Shown here in pieces: positions 44,477 through 57,827 of a stretch of 64,000 nucleotides of DNA (the first letter of the stretch is position 1; each line of letters starts with the position of its first letter). The notes under the pieces were generated by a model that saw nothing but the letters and a program-made list of their open reading frames with translations, did not search any database and was not told the origin of the DNA. Origin of the DNA: Leucoraja ocellata. Its lineage: Eukaryota. The translations under genes and the position numbers were made by a program. The stretch lies in assembly GCA_036785375.1 (NCBI GenBank), contig JAWMAR010000344.1:496001-560000 (forward strand), given 5' to 3'.

Positions 44477-44708
44477 AAGAACTTCTTCTTACCCCTTTTG
44501 AACATGAACGATATTATTTGTATTATTTGAGTTACTTATTTGTTTGTTTTCCTTTGTGTTTTATTTTATTTTTTTATTGCTTACAAGTTTATTTGTGTTT
44601 GTATTTTTTAACATGTTCAATAAATTAAATATAAAAAAATAAAAAAAATAAAATAAAAAATATATGACTCTGTATATCAGTTCCCCGTAAAACCTACCAG
44701 GGTACATA

Positions 44709-47700
44709 CATAGAAACATAGAAATTAGGTGCAGGAGTAGGCCATTCGACCCTTCGAGCCTGCACCGCCATTCAATATGATCATGGGTGATCATCCAACT
44801 CAGTATCCCGTACCTGCCTTCTCTCCATACCCTCTGATCCCCTTAGCCACAAGGGCCACATCTAACTCCCTCTTAAATATAGCCAATGAACTGGCCTCAA
44901 CTACCCTCTGTGGCAGAGAGTTCCAGAGATTCACCACTTTCTGTGTGTAAAAAGTTCTTCTCATCTCGGTTTTAAAGGATTTCCCCCTTATCCTTAAGCT
45001 GTGACCCCTTGTCCTGGACTTCCCCAACATCGGGAACAATCTTCCTGCATCTAGCCTGTCCAACCCCTTAAGAATTTTGTACGTTTCTATAAGATCCCCT
45101 CTCAATCTCCTAAATTCTAGAGAGTATAAACCAAGTCTGTCTAGTCTTTCTTCATAAGACAGTCCTGACATCCCAGGAATCAGTCTGGTGAACCTTCTCT
45201 GCGCTCCCTCTATGGCAATAATGTCCTTCCTCAGATTTGGAGACCAAAACTGTACGCAATACTCCAGGTGTGGTCTCACCAAGACCCTGTACAACTGCAG
45301 TAGAACCTCCCTGCTCCTATACTCAAATCCTTTTGCTATGAAAGCCAACATACCATTCGCTTTCTTTACTGCCTGCTGCACCTGCATGCCTGCCTTCAAT
45401 GACTGGTGTACCATGACACCCAGGTCTCGCTGCATCTCCCCCTTTCCCAATCGGCCACCATTTAGATAATAGTCTGCTTTCCCGTTTTGCCACCAAAATG
45501 GATAACCTCACATTTATCCACATTATACTGCATCTGCCAAACATTTGCCCACTCACCCAGCCTATCCAAGTCACCTTGCAGTCTCCTAGCATCCTCCTCA
45601 CAGCTAACACTGCCCCCCAGCTTAGTGTCATCCGCAAACTTGGAGATATTGCCTTCAATTCCCTCATCCAGATCATTAATATATATTGTAAATAGCTGGG
45701 GTCCCAGCATTGAGCCTTGCGGTACCCCACTAGTCACTGCCTGCCATTGTGAAAAGGACCCGTTTACTCTTACTCTTTGCTTCCTGTTTGCCAGCCAGTT
45801 CTCTATCCACATCAATACTGAACCCGCAATGCCGTGTGCTTTAAGTTTGTATACTAATCTCTTATGTGGGACCTTGTCGAAAGCCTTCTGGAAGTCCAGA
45901 TACACCACATCCACTGGTTCTCCCCTATCCACGCTACTAGTTACATCCTCAAAAAATTCTATAAGATTCGTCAGACATGATTTACCTTTTGTAAATCCAT
46001 GCTGACTTTGTCCAATGATTTCACCACTTTCCAAATGTGCTGCTATCCCATCTTTAATAACTGACTCTAGCAGTTTCCCCACTACCGATGTTAGACTAAC
46101 TGGTCTGTAATTCCCCGTTTTCTCTCTCCCTCCCTTCTTAAAAAGTGGGGTTACATTTGCTACCCGCCAATCCTCTGGAACTACAGGTGCACAACCTTTT
46201 ATCCGAAAGCCTTGGGACCAGACACTTCTCGGATTTCGGAATGTTTCGGATTTCCGAATGGAAGATTTTTAGCGTAGATTAGGTAGGTAGCGCGGGCGGC
46301 TTGAAAAGTCTGGAGCGGCTGCCTCCTCCCCGGAGACCGGGGAATCATTGTAAATCATTGCTTAAATGTTAGTCAGTTAGTTTGGAGGGATTTTATGTGG
46401 TGGAGGGGGGGGGGTGAAGGGGGAAACTTTAATTCTTAGTCCCCTACCTGGTCGGAGAGGCGGGGAGCGGGCAATGCCTTACCGGGTCGCCGTGCAGTAA
46501 GCTCCGGAGCGCTGTTGCCGCCGACTCCCAGGCGCCGCCGGTTGGAGCTCCGACCCCGGCAAATCTACCCCTGGCTGCGCGGCGCTCCAAATCCAGCGCC
46601 GCCCGTGGCCGGACGCCCGTAGCCCCAGCTCCGTGATGTTGGGAGTCGGCGGCGTCGCAGCGCTGGGATACCAGCGGGGAGCGGGCAATGCCTTACTGGG
46701 TCGTCGTACGGTAAGCTCCGGAGCGCTGTGGCCGCCGACATACAACATCGCGGAGCTGGGGCTGCGGGCGTCCGGCCGCGGGCCGCGGGCTGCGCTGGTT
46801 TTGGAGCGCCGCGCAGCCAGGGGTAGAGTTGACAGGGTCGGAGCTACAACCGGCGCCGCCCGCGTCGGACGCCCGCAGCCCCCAGCTCCGCGATGTTGGG
46901 AGTCATCAGGCCACAGCGCTCTGGAGCTTACTGCACGGCGACCCGGTAAGGCATTGCCACTCCCCGCCTCTCCGACCAGGTAGGGGACTAAGAATTAAAG
47001 TTTCCCCCTTCACCCCCCCCTCCCCTCTCTCTCTCACATAAAAGCCCTCCAAACTAACTGACTAACATTTAAGCAATGATTTACAGATGTTTAAGTGTCT
47101 CCCCGGTCTCCGGGGAGGAGGCAGCCGCTACAGTAGTACAGACCTTAGTTGGCCGTGGGTCGTTTCGGGTCAAGTTTGGCGCCAAACGTGAGCTTTGGTG
47201 TGCCGACGACATCCTGGAAAAAATGTCTGGATTTCGGAGCTTTTCGGTTTCCGGAACTCCGATAAAAGGTTGTGCACCTGTACTCCAGAATCTAAAGAGT
47301 TTTGAAAGATTATTACTAATGCATCCACTATTTCTGGAGCTACTTCCTTAAGTACTCTGGGAGGCAGCCTATCTGGCCCTGGGGATTTATCGGCCTTTAA
47401 TCCATTCAATTTACCCAACACCACTTCCCGGCTAACCAGGATTTCACTCAATTCCTCCAACTCCTTTGACCTGCTGTCCGCTGCTATTTCCGGCAGATTA
47501 TTTATGTCTTCCTTTGTGAAGACGGAACCAAAGTAGTTATTCAATTGGTCCGCCATATCCTTGTTCCCCATGATCAACTCACCTGTTTCTGACTGCAAGG
47601 GACCTACATTTGTTTTAACTAATCTCTTTCTTTTCACATATCTATAAAAACTTTTGCAGTCAGTTTTTATGTTCCCTGCCAGTTTTCTTTCATAATCTAT

Positions 47701-49277
47701 TTTTCCTTTCCTAATTAAGCCCTTCGTCCTCCTCTGCTGGTCTCTGAATTTCTCCCAGTCCTCCAGTATGCTGCTTTTTCTGGCTAATTTGTACGCATCA
47801 TCCTTCGCTTTGATACTATCCCTGATTTCCCTTGTTATCCATGGATGCACTACCTTCCCTGATTTATTCTTTTGCCAAACTGGGATGAACAATTTTTGCA
47901 GTTCATCCATGCAGTCTTTAAATGTCTTCCATTGCATATCCACCGTCAACCCTTTTAGAATTAATTGCCAGTCAATCTTGGCCAATTCAGTTTCATACCC
48001 TCAAAGTTACCTTTCTTTAAGTTCAAAACCATTGTTTCTGAATTAACAATGTCACTCTCCATCCTAATGAAGAACTCAACCATATTATGGTCACTCTTGC
48101 CCAAGGGGCCACGCACAACAAGACCACTAACTAACCCTTCCTCATTACTCAATACCCAGTCTAAAATAGCCTGCTCTCTCATTGGTTCCTCTACATGTTG
48201 ATTTAGATAACTATCCCGCATACATTCCAAGAAATCCTCTTCCTCAGCACCCCTGCCAATTTGATTCACCCAATCTATATGTAGATTGAAGTCACCCATT
48301 ATAACTGCTTTGCCTTTGTCGCACGCATTTCTAATTTCCTGTTTGATACCATCTCCAACTTCACTACTACTGTTAGGTGGCCTGTACACAACACCCCCCA
48401 GTGTTTTCTGCCCCTTAGTGTTTCGCAGCTCTACCCATACCGATTCCACATCCTCCAAACTAATGTCCTTCCTTTCCATTGTATTAATCTCCTCTCTAAT
48501 CAGCAACGCTACCCCACCTCCTTTTCCTTTCTCTCTATCCCTCCTGAATATTGAATATCCCTGGATGTTCAGCTCCCAGCCTTGGTCACCCTGGAGCCAT
48601 GTCTCCGTGATCCCAACTATATCATAATCATTAATGGCTATCTGCACGTTCAACTCATCCACCTTATTACGAATACTCCTTGCATTGAGACACAAAGCCT
48701 TCAGGCTTGTTTTTACAACGCTCTTACCCCTTATACAATTATGTTGAAAAGTGGCCCTTTTTGATTTTTGCCCTGGTTTTGTCTGCCTGCCACTTTTACT
48801 TTTCACCTTGCTACCTATTGCTTCTACCTTCATTTTACACCCCCCTGCCCCTCTGCTCTTGTACCCATCCCCCTGCCACATTAGTTTAAATCCTCCCCGA
48901 CAGCACTAGCAAACACTCCCCCAAGGACATTGGTTCCATTCCAGCCCAGGTGCAGACCGTCCTGTTTGTACTGGTCCCACCTCCCCCAGAACTGGTTCCA
49001 ATGCCCTAAAAAATTGAATCCCTCCCCCTTGCACCATTTTTCAAGCCACGTATTCATCTGCAATATCCCATTTCTGCTCTGACTGGCCCGTGGTACTGGT
49101 AGTAATCAAGAGATTATTACCTTTGAGGTCCTACTTTTAAGTTTATCTCCTAGCTCCCTAAATTCATCCTGTAGGACCTCATCCCTTTTTTTACCTATAT
49201 TGTTGGTGCCAATATGCACCACGACAACTGGCTGTTCACCCTCCCCCTCCAGAATGTTCTGCAGCCGTTCAGTGACA
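44709..49277 (-). mobile_element. Near-full-length CR1 LINE: 3' part of ORF1 (SGNH/GDSL esterase) plus ORF2 (APE endonuclease and RT), frameshifted and split by a MITE
   Basis: ORF1 VVVHIGTN...DGLHL; ORF2 CLNARSIRNK, GITETW, MGDFN, SDHN, DFQKAFDKVPH, SGVPQGS, KFADD; frameshifts near 47985 and 45480. Confidence 0.96.
46184..47280. mobile_element. Tc1/mariner-type non-autonomous DNA transposon with internal foldback structure
   Basis: Perfect 20-bp TIR CAGGTGCACAACCTTTTATC / GATAAAAGGTTGTGCACCTG, TA duplicated at 46182-46183 and 47281-47282; removing it rejoins the CR1 sequence. Confidence 0.93.
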
Positions 49278-50670
49278 GATACAAGATGCTGGAGGCAAGG
49301 GAGGGTCAATAAAGAATTGAAACTGGCCAAACTGGTCAATGAAAGAACCAAGTTGCTGTGTGTATGTGATAGGGTGGTGCTTCATTGTCTCTTCAACACG
49401 CAGACCGGAAGTTACAGAACTTAAATTTAGATTCGAGCGTAGGAGAATTAAAGCTTGTTTAATTTTTAGTTGAGTTTAGTTTAGTTTAGAGATACTGCAC
49501 GGAAACAGGCCTTTCGACCCACGGAGGAGCACCGACCAGCGATCCCCACACATTAACACAATCCTACACACACTAGGGACAATTCACATTTATACCAAAC
49601 TAATTAACCAACAAACGTATGTCTTTGGAGCGTGGGAGGAAATGCCAAGTTAAGCCTTGTTACAGTTTGAGCAGGAAGAGTGCACAATGACAGCTGAGAC
49701 CCAGTCCTAATGAAGAACCCTGGGCTCCCTGATACCATAGGAGTGGATCTGACGCAGAACAGATAAAGATGTTCTACAGGATGAACAATATGATTGAAAT
49801 TAAAGCCATGGCCAAAATGGTGTCAATCACAATAGAAGATCAAAAGAAAGAATACATGCCCAGGGTAGAGGAATCGAGAACCAGAAGACATAGATTTAGG
49901 TGAGAGGGGAAAGATTTAATAGGAATCTAAGGAGTAACCTTTTCACATAAAGAATGGTGGGTGTATGGAACGAGCTGCCAGAGGAGGTACTTGAGGCAGG
50001 TATTATCGCAGCGTTTAAGAAACAATAAGGCATGCACATGGATTTTTCTGGATAACATGTGTTGCAAGTTTAATCCTGCAAAATAATTTGGAATTGCTTG
50101 TTTATAACGTCTATGTTGTCTGTGAGCAATGGGTTTACAGGCTGATGCAAGTAAGAATTGAACTGTTCTGTTTTTCAGCATCTGACAATTAAAAACGTTT
50201 AACTTAAGTTTGCATCAGATGAAAAAGCAGTTTCATCTGCAATGTCTTATCAAATGGAGCCTGTAGCTCCTTAAATTGAGCCTGTAGTCCCTTATGCTTC
50301 GAATTCAAGCATAGATTTTTCTTTTGTTTTTTTCCTTTATTCATTGTTAAGCAGAATTGATTGTTCAGGTTTTTTTCCCCATTTCTCTTGGTCCTACGGA
50401 ACGACGGACTTACCTGTTCTCACCTTGTGTCATTGAGGAGTACAGTGCATCACTCCACCGTAATGCTTCCCACATGCACCCAAAGCATAAGCAAATCCAT
50501 AATGCTTTCCGACCTTTGTCTTACTAACAGTTGTGACTCTGAAGTCAGTTGGCTTTTGATCTTCCGTTAATCAAACAACCTAAACCTTTGAAGGAAGCTC
50601 GAGGACTTGCAACCTTCACTCTGCTTCAATCTCCACAGATGCTGCCTGACCATCTGGGTATTTCCATTCA

Positions 50671-50975
50671 AGGCAGCACTGTGGCACAACAGTAGAGTTG
50701 CTGCCTTACAGCGGCAGTGACCTAGGTTTGATTCTGACTACAGGTGCTCTCTGTACAGAGTTTGTACGTTCTCCCTGTGACAGCGTGGGTTTTCGCCAGA
50801 AGCTCCGGTTTCTTCCCATGCTGAAAAGTCATATAGGTTTGAAGGTTAATTGGCTTTGGTAAGTAGTAAAATAGTTCCTTGGGTGTGTAGGTTAGTATAT
50901 GTGGTGATCGCTGGTTGGTGCGGTCTCGGTGGGCCGAAGGGCCTGTTTCCACATTGTATCTCTAAAGTCTAAAGT
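50671..50975 (+). mobile_element. HE1-like V-SINE
   Basis: Head, V-domain and tail as in other copies. Confidence 0.85.
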
Positions 50976-51539
50976 TTAAAATGTTTTGTTGTAAATTGCA
51001 ATTTTATGTTGATTATTATTAATAGACATTGAGATTTGCAATTCATATCCATTTTCTAAGAATTCTCCCAGTTCATCTGTTCAAGTCCATTCCATTCTTC
51101 ATCTTCAAAAGAAATCAAAAGGCAGATGGAATATTGACCTTTCATTCATCTTTTTTCTGGTGGAAATGTCAGCACAAATGAGGGAAGATCAGTGTTTATC
51201 AGTGACCCACAATAACAACAATCTACAATCAGCTTCAGATTCTATGTTTCTATAGGATCAGTAGATCCTGGATGATCAGCCATGACTTGAAGGGATGAAT
51301 GGCCTACTCCTACACCTATTTTGGGATTTCTAGAGCTCCAAAACCATGGAGCCAGCAGACTTTAACATCTCGGAGTGGGCGATCCCTTTGCCAGGGGTCG
51401 ACCTTTGGTGCTTCAACCAGCGGGAGCTGCAGACATTAACAGCGTGGAGCTCGCTGTCCCTGGCTAGGGGCCGATTTCAGGAACTCCAAGCTGCAGGAGC
51501 TGGACCGCCCCGAAGTGGGAGCTCTATCGCCGGCTGCAG

Positions 51540-52331
51540 ATAGAAACATAGAAAATAGGTGCAGGAGTAGGCCATTCGGCCCTTCGAACCTGCACCGCCA
51601 TTCAATATGATCATGGCTGATCATCCAACTCAGTATCCCGTACCTGCCTTCTCTCCATACCCCCTGATCCCTTTAGCCACAAGGGCCACATCTAACTCCC
51701 TCTTAAATATAACCAAGTAATCTTGCTTACTTTCCTTACTTCTTTTATTTCTATCTTTTTTAAAGCTCAAAAAATGAAGTGGTACAACATAATGTAATAA
51801 GATATATGCGATGTATTAAAGTGATTTACTGTACTGCTAATAAAAATAAAATTAAAAAATATATATATAGCCAATGAACTGTCCTCAACTACCTTCTGTG
51901 GCAGAGAATTCCAGATATTCACCACTCTCTGTGTAAAAAATGATTTTCTCATCTCGGTCCGAAAAGACTTCCCTCTTATCCTTAAACTGTGACCCCTTGT
52001 TCTGGACTTCCCCAACATCGGGAATAATCTTCCTGCATCTAGCCTGTCCAACCCCTTAAGAATTTTGTAAGTTTCTATAAGATCCCCACTCAATCTTCTA
52101 AATTCTAGCGAGTACAAGCCGAGTCTATCCAGTCTTTCTTCATATGAAAGTCCTGCCATCCCAGGAATCAGTCTGCTGAACCTTCTCTGTACTCCCTCTA
52201 TGGCAAGAATGTCTTTCCTCAGATTAGGAGACCAAAACTGTATGCAATACTCCAGGTGTGGTCTCACCAAGACCCTGTACAGCTGCTGTAGAACCTCCCT
52301 GCTCTTATACTCAAATCCTTTTGCTATGAAT
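51540..52331 (-). mobile_element. CR1 LINE 3' end splitting a GC-rich retroposon copy (about 51330-51540 and 52335-52565)
   Basis: VRPHLEYCIQFWSPNLRKD ORF; an AT-rich insert of ~150 bp at 51711-51865. Confidence 0.88.
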
Positions 52332-52649
52332 AGTTCAACTCCCCCGATCGAGGGAGGAAAGGAGAAAAGAAGATAAGATTTTATTGCCTTCCATCACAGT
52401 GGGGAATGTGGAGGAGCTGCTGTGGTGCATGTTTATGTGTTAGGTTATGTTTTTATGTAGTTGTATGTCTTGTTGCTTTTTCTTATTATGACTGTGTGGC
52501 AAACCAAATTCCTCGTATGTTGCAAAACATACTTGGCTAATAAATTATGATTATGATTATGATTTTCAATGTTACTTTGTTTCTAGATGTGCAGCGCATT
52601 GGTCAGACTCCATCTACATTAATGCCTGCAGTTCAATTATGGGCAGCTG

Positions 52650-53188
52650 AGGAAGGACATATTGATCCTTGTGATTGAGGCAGTGCAACGTAGGTTCACG
52701 AGATTGATCCCTGGGATGGCAGGACTGTCATATGAGGAAAGATTGAAAAGACTAGGCTTGTATTCACTGGAGTTTAGAAGGATGAGGGGCTATCTTATAG
52801 AAACATATAAAACTGTGAAAGGACTGGACAAGCTAGATGCTGGAAAAATGTTCCCAATGTTGGGCGAGCCCAGAACCAGGGGCCACAGACTTAGAATAAA
52901 GGGGAGTTCATTTAAGACTGAAGTGAGAAAAAACCTTTTCACCCAGAGAGTTGTGAATTTATGGCATTTCCTGCCACAGAGGGCAGTGGAGGCCAAATCA
53001 CTGGATGGATTTAAGAGAGAGTTAGATAGAGCTCTAGGGGCTAGTGGAGTCAAGGGATATGGGGAGAAGGCAGGCACGGGTTATTGATTGGGGATGATCA
53101 GCCATGATCACAATTAATGGCGGTGCTGGCTCGAAAGGCCGGATGGCCTCCTCCTGCACCTATTTTCTATGTTTCTATGTTTCTATGT
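52650..53188 (+). mobile_element. CR1 LINE 3' end
   Basis: IEAVQRRFTRLIPGMAGLSYEERL; (CTATGTTT)n tail. Confidence 0.92.
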
Positions 53189-53574
53189 TGGAGGGGTGCA
53201 TCTTCACCTGAATGATACCAAGGCTTTGACCAGTTCAGGTTTCATTGGGTTGTCTAATAATGATTTTTGCTACTGTGACCTTGGAAGTTTGAAGGACAAT
53301 CTAAATGAGGCATTAACAATGATACAAAGGTAAAAGCTGGATTGGGTTCACAAGGGCAGGGAGAGAAGCAGAATCATCTTGCTGCAGAAGATTACACTTT
53401 AACCCAATGCTGTTTCCATAGCTACTGAAAAGATGTTTTAAATAATACCACAGTTCAAGAGTGACTAGTTGTCATATGCATTGGGAGGTGAACATTGAAA
53501 TTCTTAATTGCAGCAGCTTTCCTGGTACGTTAAACATAACACACAACAAATAGATATATAATAAATCATCAGGT

Positions 53575-54203
53575 ATTCAAGGTTTCAAGGTCAGTTTATT
53601 GTCACATGTACCAATTAAGGTACAGCGAAATTCAAATTACCATTAGCAACAAAACACTCAACTACATAAAAATTAACATAAACATCCACCACAGCGGATT
53701 CCCCACGTTCCTCACTGTGATGGAAGGCAATAAGGTCCAATCCCCTTCCTCTTTAATCTCCCGTGGTTGTGGCAGTCAAACCATCTGCAGTCGGCAGTCG
53801 AAGCCCCCGCGTCGGGGCGGTCGAAACTCCTGCGGCTTGGAGTCCCCGATGTCGGTCTCTAACCAGAGACCGCGGACTCCGCGATGTTATAGTCCCGCAG
53901 GGTCCCACTGTTGGAGCCCCAAAGACGACCTCCGACAGGGATCGCGAAGATCGTGATGGTAAGTCTGCAGGCTCCCGCGATGGAACTCCCGATCGATCTC
54001 CAGAAGAGGCCGCCATCGTCACGATGTTAGGCTGCAGTGTGGACGGAGATACGATGCAGAAAAAATCGCATCTCCGTCGAGGTAAGAGGTTAGAAAAAGT
54101 TCCCCCCACATAAAACAAGCTAAAGAGCAGTAAAAAAACATACAAAACAGACACAAAGAAGGAAAGGACAGACAGACTGTTGGCGAGGCAGCTATTGCCA
54201 GAC
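53575..54203 (-). mobile_element. GC-rich non-autonomous retroposon copy
   Basis: Hairpin GACGGAGATGCGA/TCGTATCTCCGTC; tail GGTACATGTGACAATAAACTGACCTTGAA. Confidence 0.65.
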
Positions 54204-54656
54204 AATGATGATGCAAGCTAAGGTACACAGTGCAACCTTACAAATGCAAAGTGTAGTTTGTCGCGGAGTTAGGGTTGCCCTGTGGTGCAACGGCTGACAG
54301 TTGATAGGAAGAAGCTCTTCATGAACTTGGAGGTAATGGTTCTCAGGCTCCTGTACGATAGATTTATGTTTTAATTTCTTGGCAACAGGAAGCAAAACAG
54401 TTTTTTCTAGTTTGTCGTCCGGTATTAAATATTAATAGTAAATATTAATTTTGAACAATGTTCCATTTACTTTGCAATTTGCTCTTAACTTTTTTCATGA
54501 AGTTGTGGATTCCATGAGTATTGGCCACAACCAATGTCACATCCAAATAGGGATTTTTCATGTTAATGGAGGTGGCACGATGGCACAGCGGCAGAGCTGC
54601 TGCCTTACAGCACCAGAGATCTGGGTTCAATCCAGACTATGGTGCTTGTCATCCAT

Positions 54657-55478
54657 CAGGTGGAGCCACTGCAGTGGCTGCCTCGCCAGCAGCTTGTCAG
54701 TCCTTTCACCTTTTTTGTTATTTTTAGTGCATCTAAATGGATATTTTAATGTTTCTCAGTATTGTGGGGGGAAATAGAGGGAAACCGTTTTTCAGTCACT
54801 TACCTGGACGGAGATGCGTCTTTTCACCGTGTCGCATCTTCGCCCCCCTCACGGCCTACCGACTGGATTGACGCGGCGTTTCCGACCGGAGAGCGGCCCA
54901 GAGCTTCAGCAGCGGGCGCTGTGTGGAATTACTGGGATCCTTGTCGAGGAACGCCAGCGTTGGAGCTCCGATCGCGGGGCTTGCTGACTTTAACATCGTG
55001 GAGCTGTGGTCTGTGGAGCTTCTAGCCGTGGGCGCGGCACTGACTTTAACATCGCAGAGCCTGGGATCTTTTGCCGAGGATCGTCAGTGTTGGAGCTCCT
55101 TCCAGCGGGGCCTGTGGATTTCGGTAAGAAGTCTCCTGTAAGAAGCGGCCGATTCAGGAACTCCAAGCTGCAGAGTGTGTTCCGATCCGTCTCAACGTCG
55201 GAGTTTTGATCATCTGGCGAGAGATCCTGTATATCGAGCCGTCAGTAGCGGTGACTGCGGAGGGATCTAGGCCCCCACCACGGGTGAATGAAGGAGGAAG
55301 ATTGACTGAACTTTATTGCCTTCTATCACAGTGAAAAATGTTGATTCCACTGTGGCGGATGTTTATGATAAATTCTATTGTGTATTGTGTTCTTTTTATT
55401 CGTATGGCTGTACGGTAACTCAAATATCACTGTACCAATTGGTGCATGGGACAATAAATGTGAACTTGAACTTGAATT
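54657..55478 (+). mobile_element. GC-rich non-autonomous retroposon inserted into a V-SINE (54570-54650 and 55479-55710)
   Basis: Ends ACAATAAATGTGAACTTGAACTTGAATT, like the Rex1 tail at 38660-38686; SINE V-domain resumes at 55479. Confidence 0.7.
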
Positions 55479-57615
55479 TGTCTGTATGGAGTTTGTACGT
55501 TCTCCCCGTGACCTGTGTGGGCTTTCTCCAGGTGCTCCAGTTTCCTCTCACATTCCAAAGATATATAAGTTTGTAGGTTAATTGACTTGGTATTAATGTA
55601 AAATTGTCCCTAGTGTGTAGAGGATAGTGTTAGTGTGCGAGGATCGCTTGTCGGCGCGGAGTCAGGGGGCTGAAGGGCCTGTTTCCGCGCTGTAAACAAA
55701 ACTAAATTCAAACAATAGTCCGAGTCTGAAGAAGGGTCTCAACCCAAAATGTCACCGATGCAAATTCATATTCCATCCATATTCTCCGGAGATGCTGCCT
55801 GACCTACTAAGTTACTCCAGCCCTTTATGTACAGTAGTCTTGCCATCCTATTTCACTTTAAAATATCACAGAAATGTGCTTTTCATCACACAGTTATCAG
55901 TGAGAAGTCCTTGTCTTGATAATTGCGTGTTTTTTACTACTTGCCTAGATTTTCTTCCAGCCCCAGTTTTTAAAAACAGAAATTTGGAAGTAATTGTATC
56001 CAATTATTGTCCTCTTCAAAGTGAAATTTGTGTAACATTTTGCTTTGAGACTAACTGCAAAAAAACCCCACATTCATTTATAAAAAAGAGCAACTACGAG
56101 AGGGACAAGATTTAACACTAACAGCTTTTTCACTCGGAAGCTGGGGGTATTTACAACTGAGGTAGAGGAGGTAATCGTGGCGGGTATAATCACAGCATTA
56201 AAAAGACAATTGGACAGCGAACATGGACAGGAAAGGTTTAGAGGGAAGTGGGTGAAATTCAGGCAAATGGGACCAGCGTAGATGGGGCATCTTGGTCAGC
56301 ACGGACGAGTCGGGCTGAAGGGCCTGTTTCCGTGCCGTATGAATCTACAGTTCTACGGCATGAAATGGCAGAATAATAACACATTTGGTATGCCTGCAGG
56401 ATCTCCTGAATCGCGTTTTGTCAACTACGAAACTCTATCCGATGATCAATGTCTTTTTATCTCTTCTAAACATTAATTGTTCCGCTGGGATCAAGCAGTT
56501 CATGTGATGTTCACTGCGGGCATTATCATCCCCTCTCACTCTATCACTGCACAGTTTAGCACCGCAACAAAGATGCAGATAACTGCAGCTCACCGGGCAA
56601 GCAACAGGATTGATCTCCTCAGTGGGTTCTTTAAAGCTTGGCGCAGTACGAACTGGATTCTATTGACAAAAATCTCTCTAAAGAGGGGAAAAAAACTCCA
56701 CCACCGAATCTTTTTAGAATCAAAATTATTTGCATCAGCAAAAAAAATGTGCACATTTAAAGATATCAACTCAAATTTGGTTCTTGGCATTGCTATATAT
56801 ATTTCATTTCAAAATTGCATTGAAGTAAAGGGAAAATCGGAAGAAAGGACGTTGATGATGATGATTGTTTGAGGTTATTTTTATGCAAGTTGCATTTTCA
56901 TTGTTGGAAGCATCATTTGCCCAAATTGACAGCTGTAGCTCCCACGTTGCAAAAGTACATCAGTGATTGTGTTTGAGGTAATATTGAGGTCATGAAGAAC
57001 CCAAGGAATGCAAGTTTTTTTTTAAATATAAAGAAATACACGATTCTGCATTTTAATTCTCTTGCTTACCAAAGAAGAATGTTTTCCAATTATGTATTAG
57101 TTTAATAAGGGGCTGTAGTGAGCATATTGCACTCTATTGAGATTGGAAATAATGAAGTCCATCTACGGAGATGAGGGCAGAGTCAGATATTGAGGGAGGC
57201 AGCTGATAGGTATTTAGGATCAGGTAATTATATCTACCTCTTTGGTGAAGATGGTAAAATTAAATAAAAGTTACGTCTATAGATGGTGGAAGTCGTGTTT
57301 AGCGAGAAGCAGGTTCCCTGGTGTGGATAATATGTTTTCATTTGAAGGGTATTCGGAGGGTATGTCGTGACAATGCAGGTTGATCTTGTGGAATATTTCT
57401 CCGACCCCAGGGCAACTCATGCAGGAAAAGCCTCCAGCTGCAGGTCCTGGAAGTCAGGATTAACGTGCTGGAGTTGTGTGTGGAGTCTTTATGGAGCATC
57501 CTGAGATGTTCATTCGTGGCACTTTGAGGGAAGTGTTCCCATCCCAGGTTAATGCTGGCTTGGGAAGAAAGGGGATGGGTGTCTCCCAGACAGTGTAGAA
57601 GACACATGGTAATGT

Positions 57616-57650
57616 AGTCTGACGACGGGTTCCGACCTGAAACGTCACCC
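57616..57650 (+). ncRNA. Minimal hammerhead ribozyme motif (Penelope-associated)
   Basis: AGT-CTGACGA-CGGGTTCCGACCT-GAAACGTC-ACCC: CUGANGA core, short stem II, GAAA, palindromic ACGT stem III, GUC cleavage triplet. Confidence 0.6.
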
Positions 57651-57827
57651 ATCCTTTTTCTCCAGAGATGCTGCCTGACACGCTGAGTTACTCCTGCACT
57701 TTGTCTCTATCTTTGGTATAAACCAGCATCTGCAGTTCCCTCCTACACAATGTAATGTAGGGGTTCCCTGGGGTCGCGTGACTGTCAAACAGATAGACTC
57801 GTCTTGAAGATTGTTGAGGCAGGTTCA

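Noticed and set aside
54798-54815. ACTTACCTGG..GGAGAT resembling the U1 snRNA 5' end
   Set aside because: The rest of U1 (stem-loops, Sm site) is absent, the motif is internal to a retroposon, and other copies read CTTCCTGG or CCTACCTGG.
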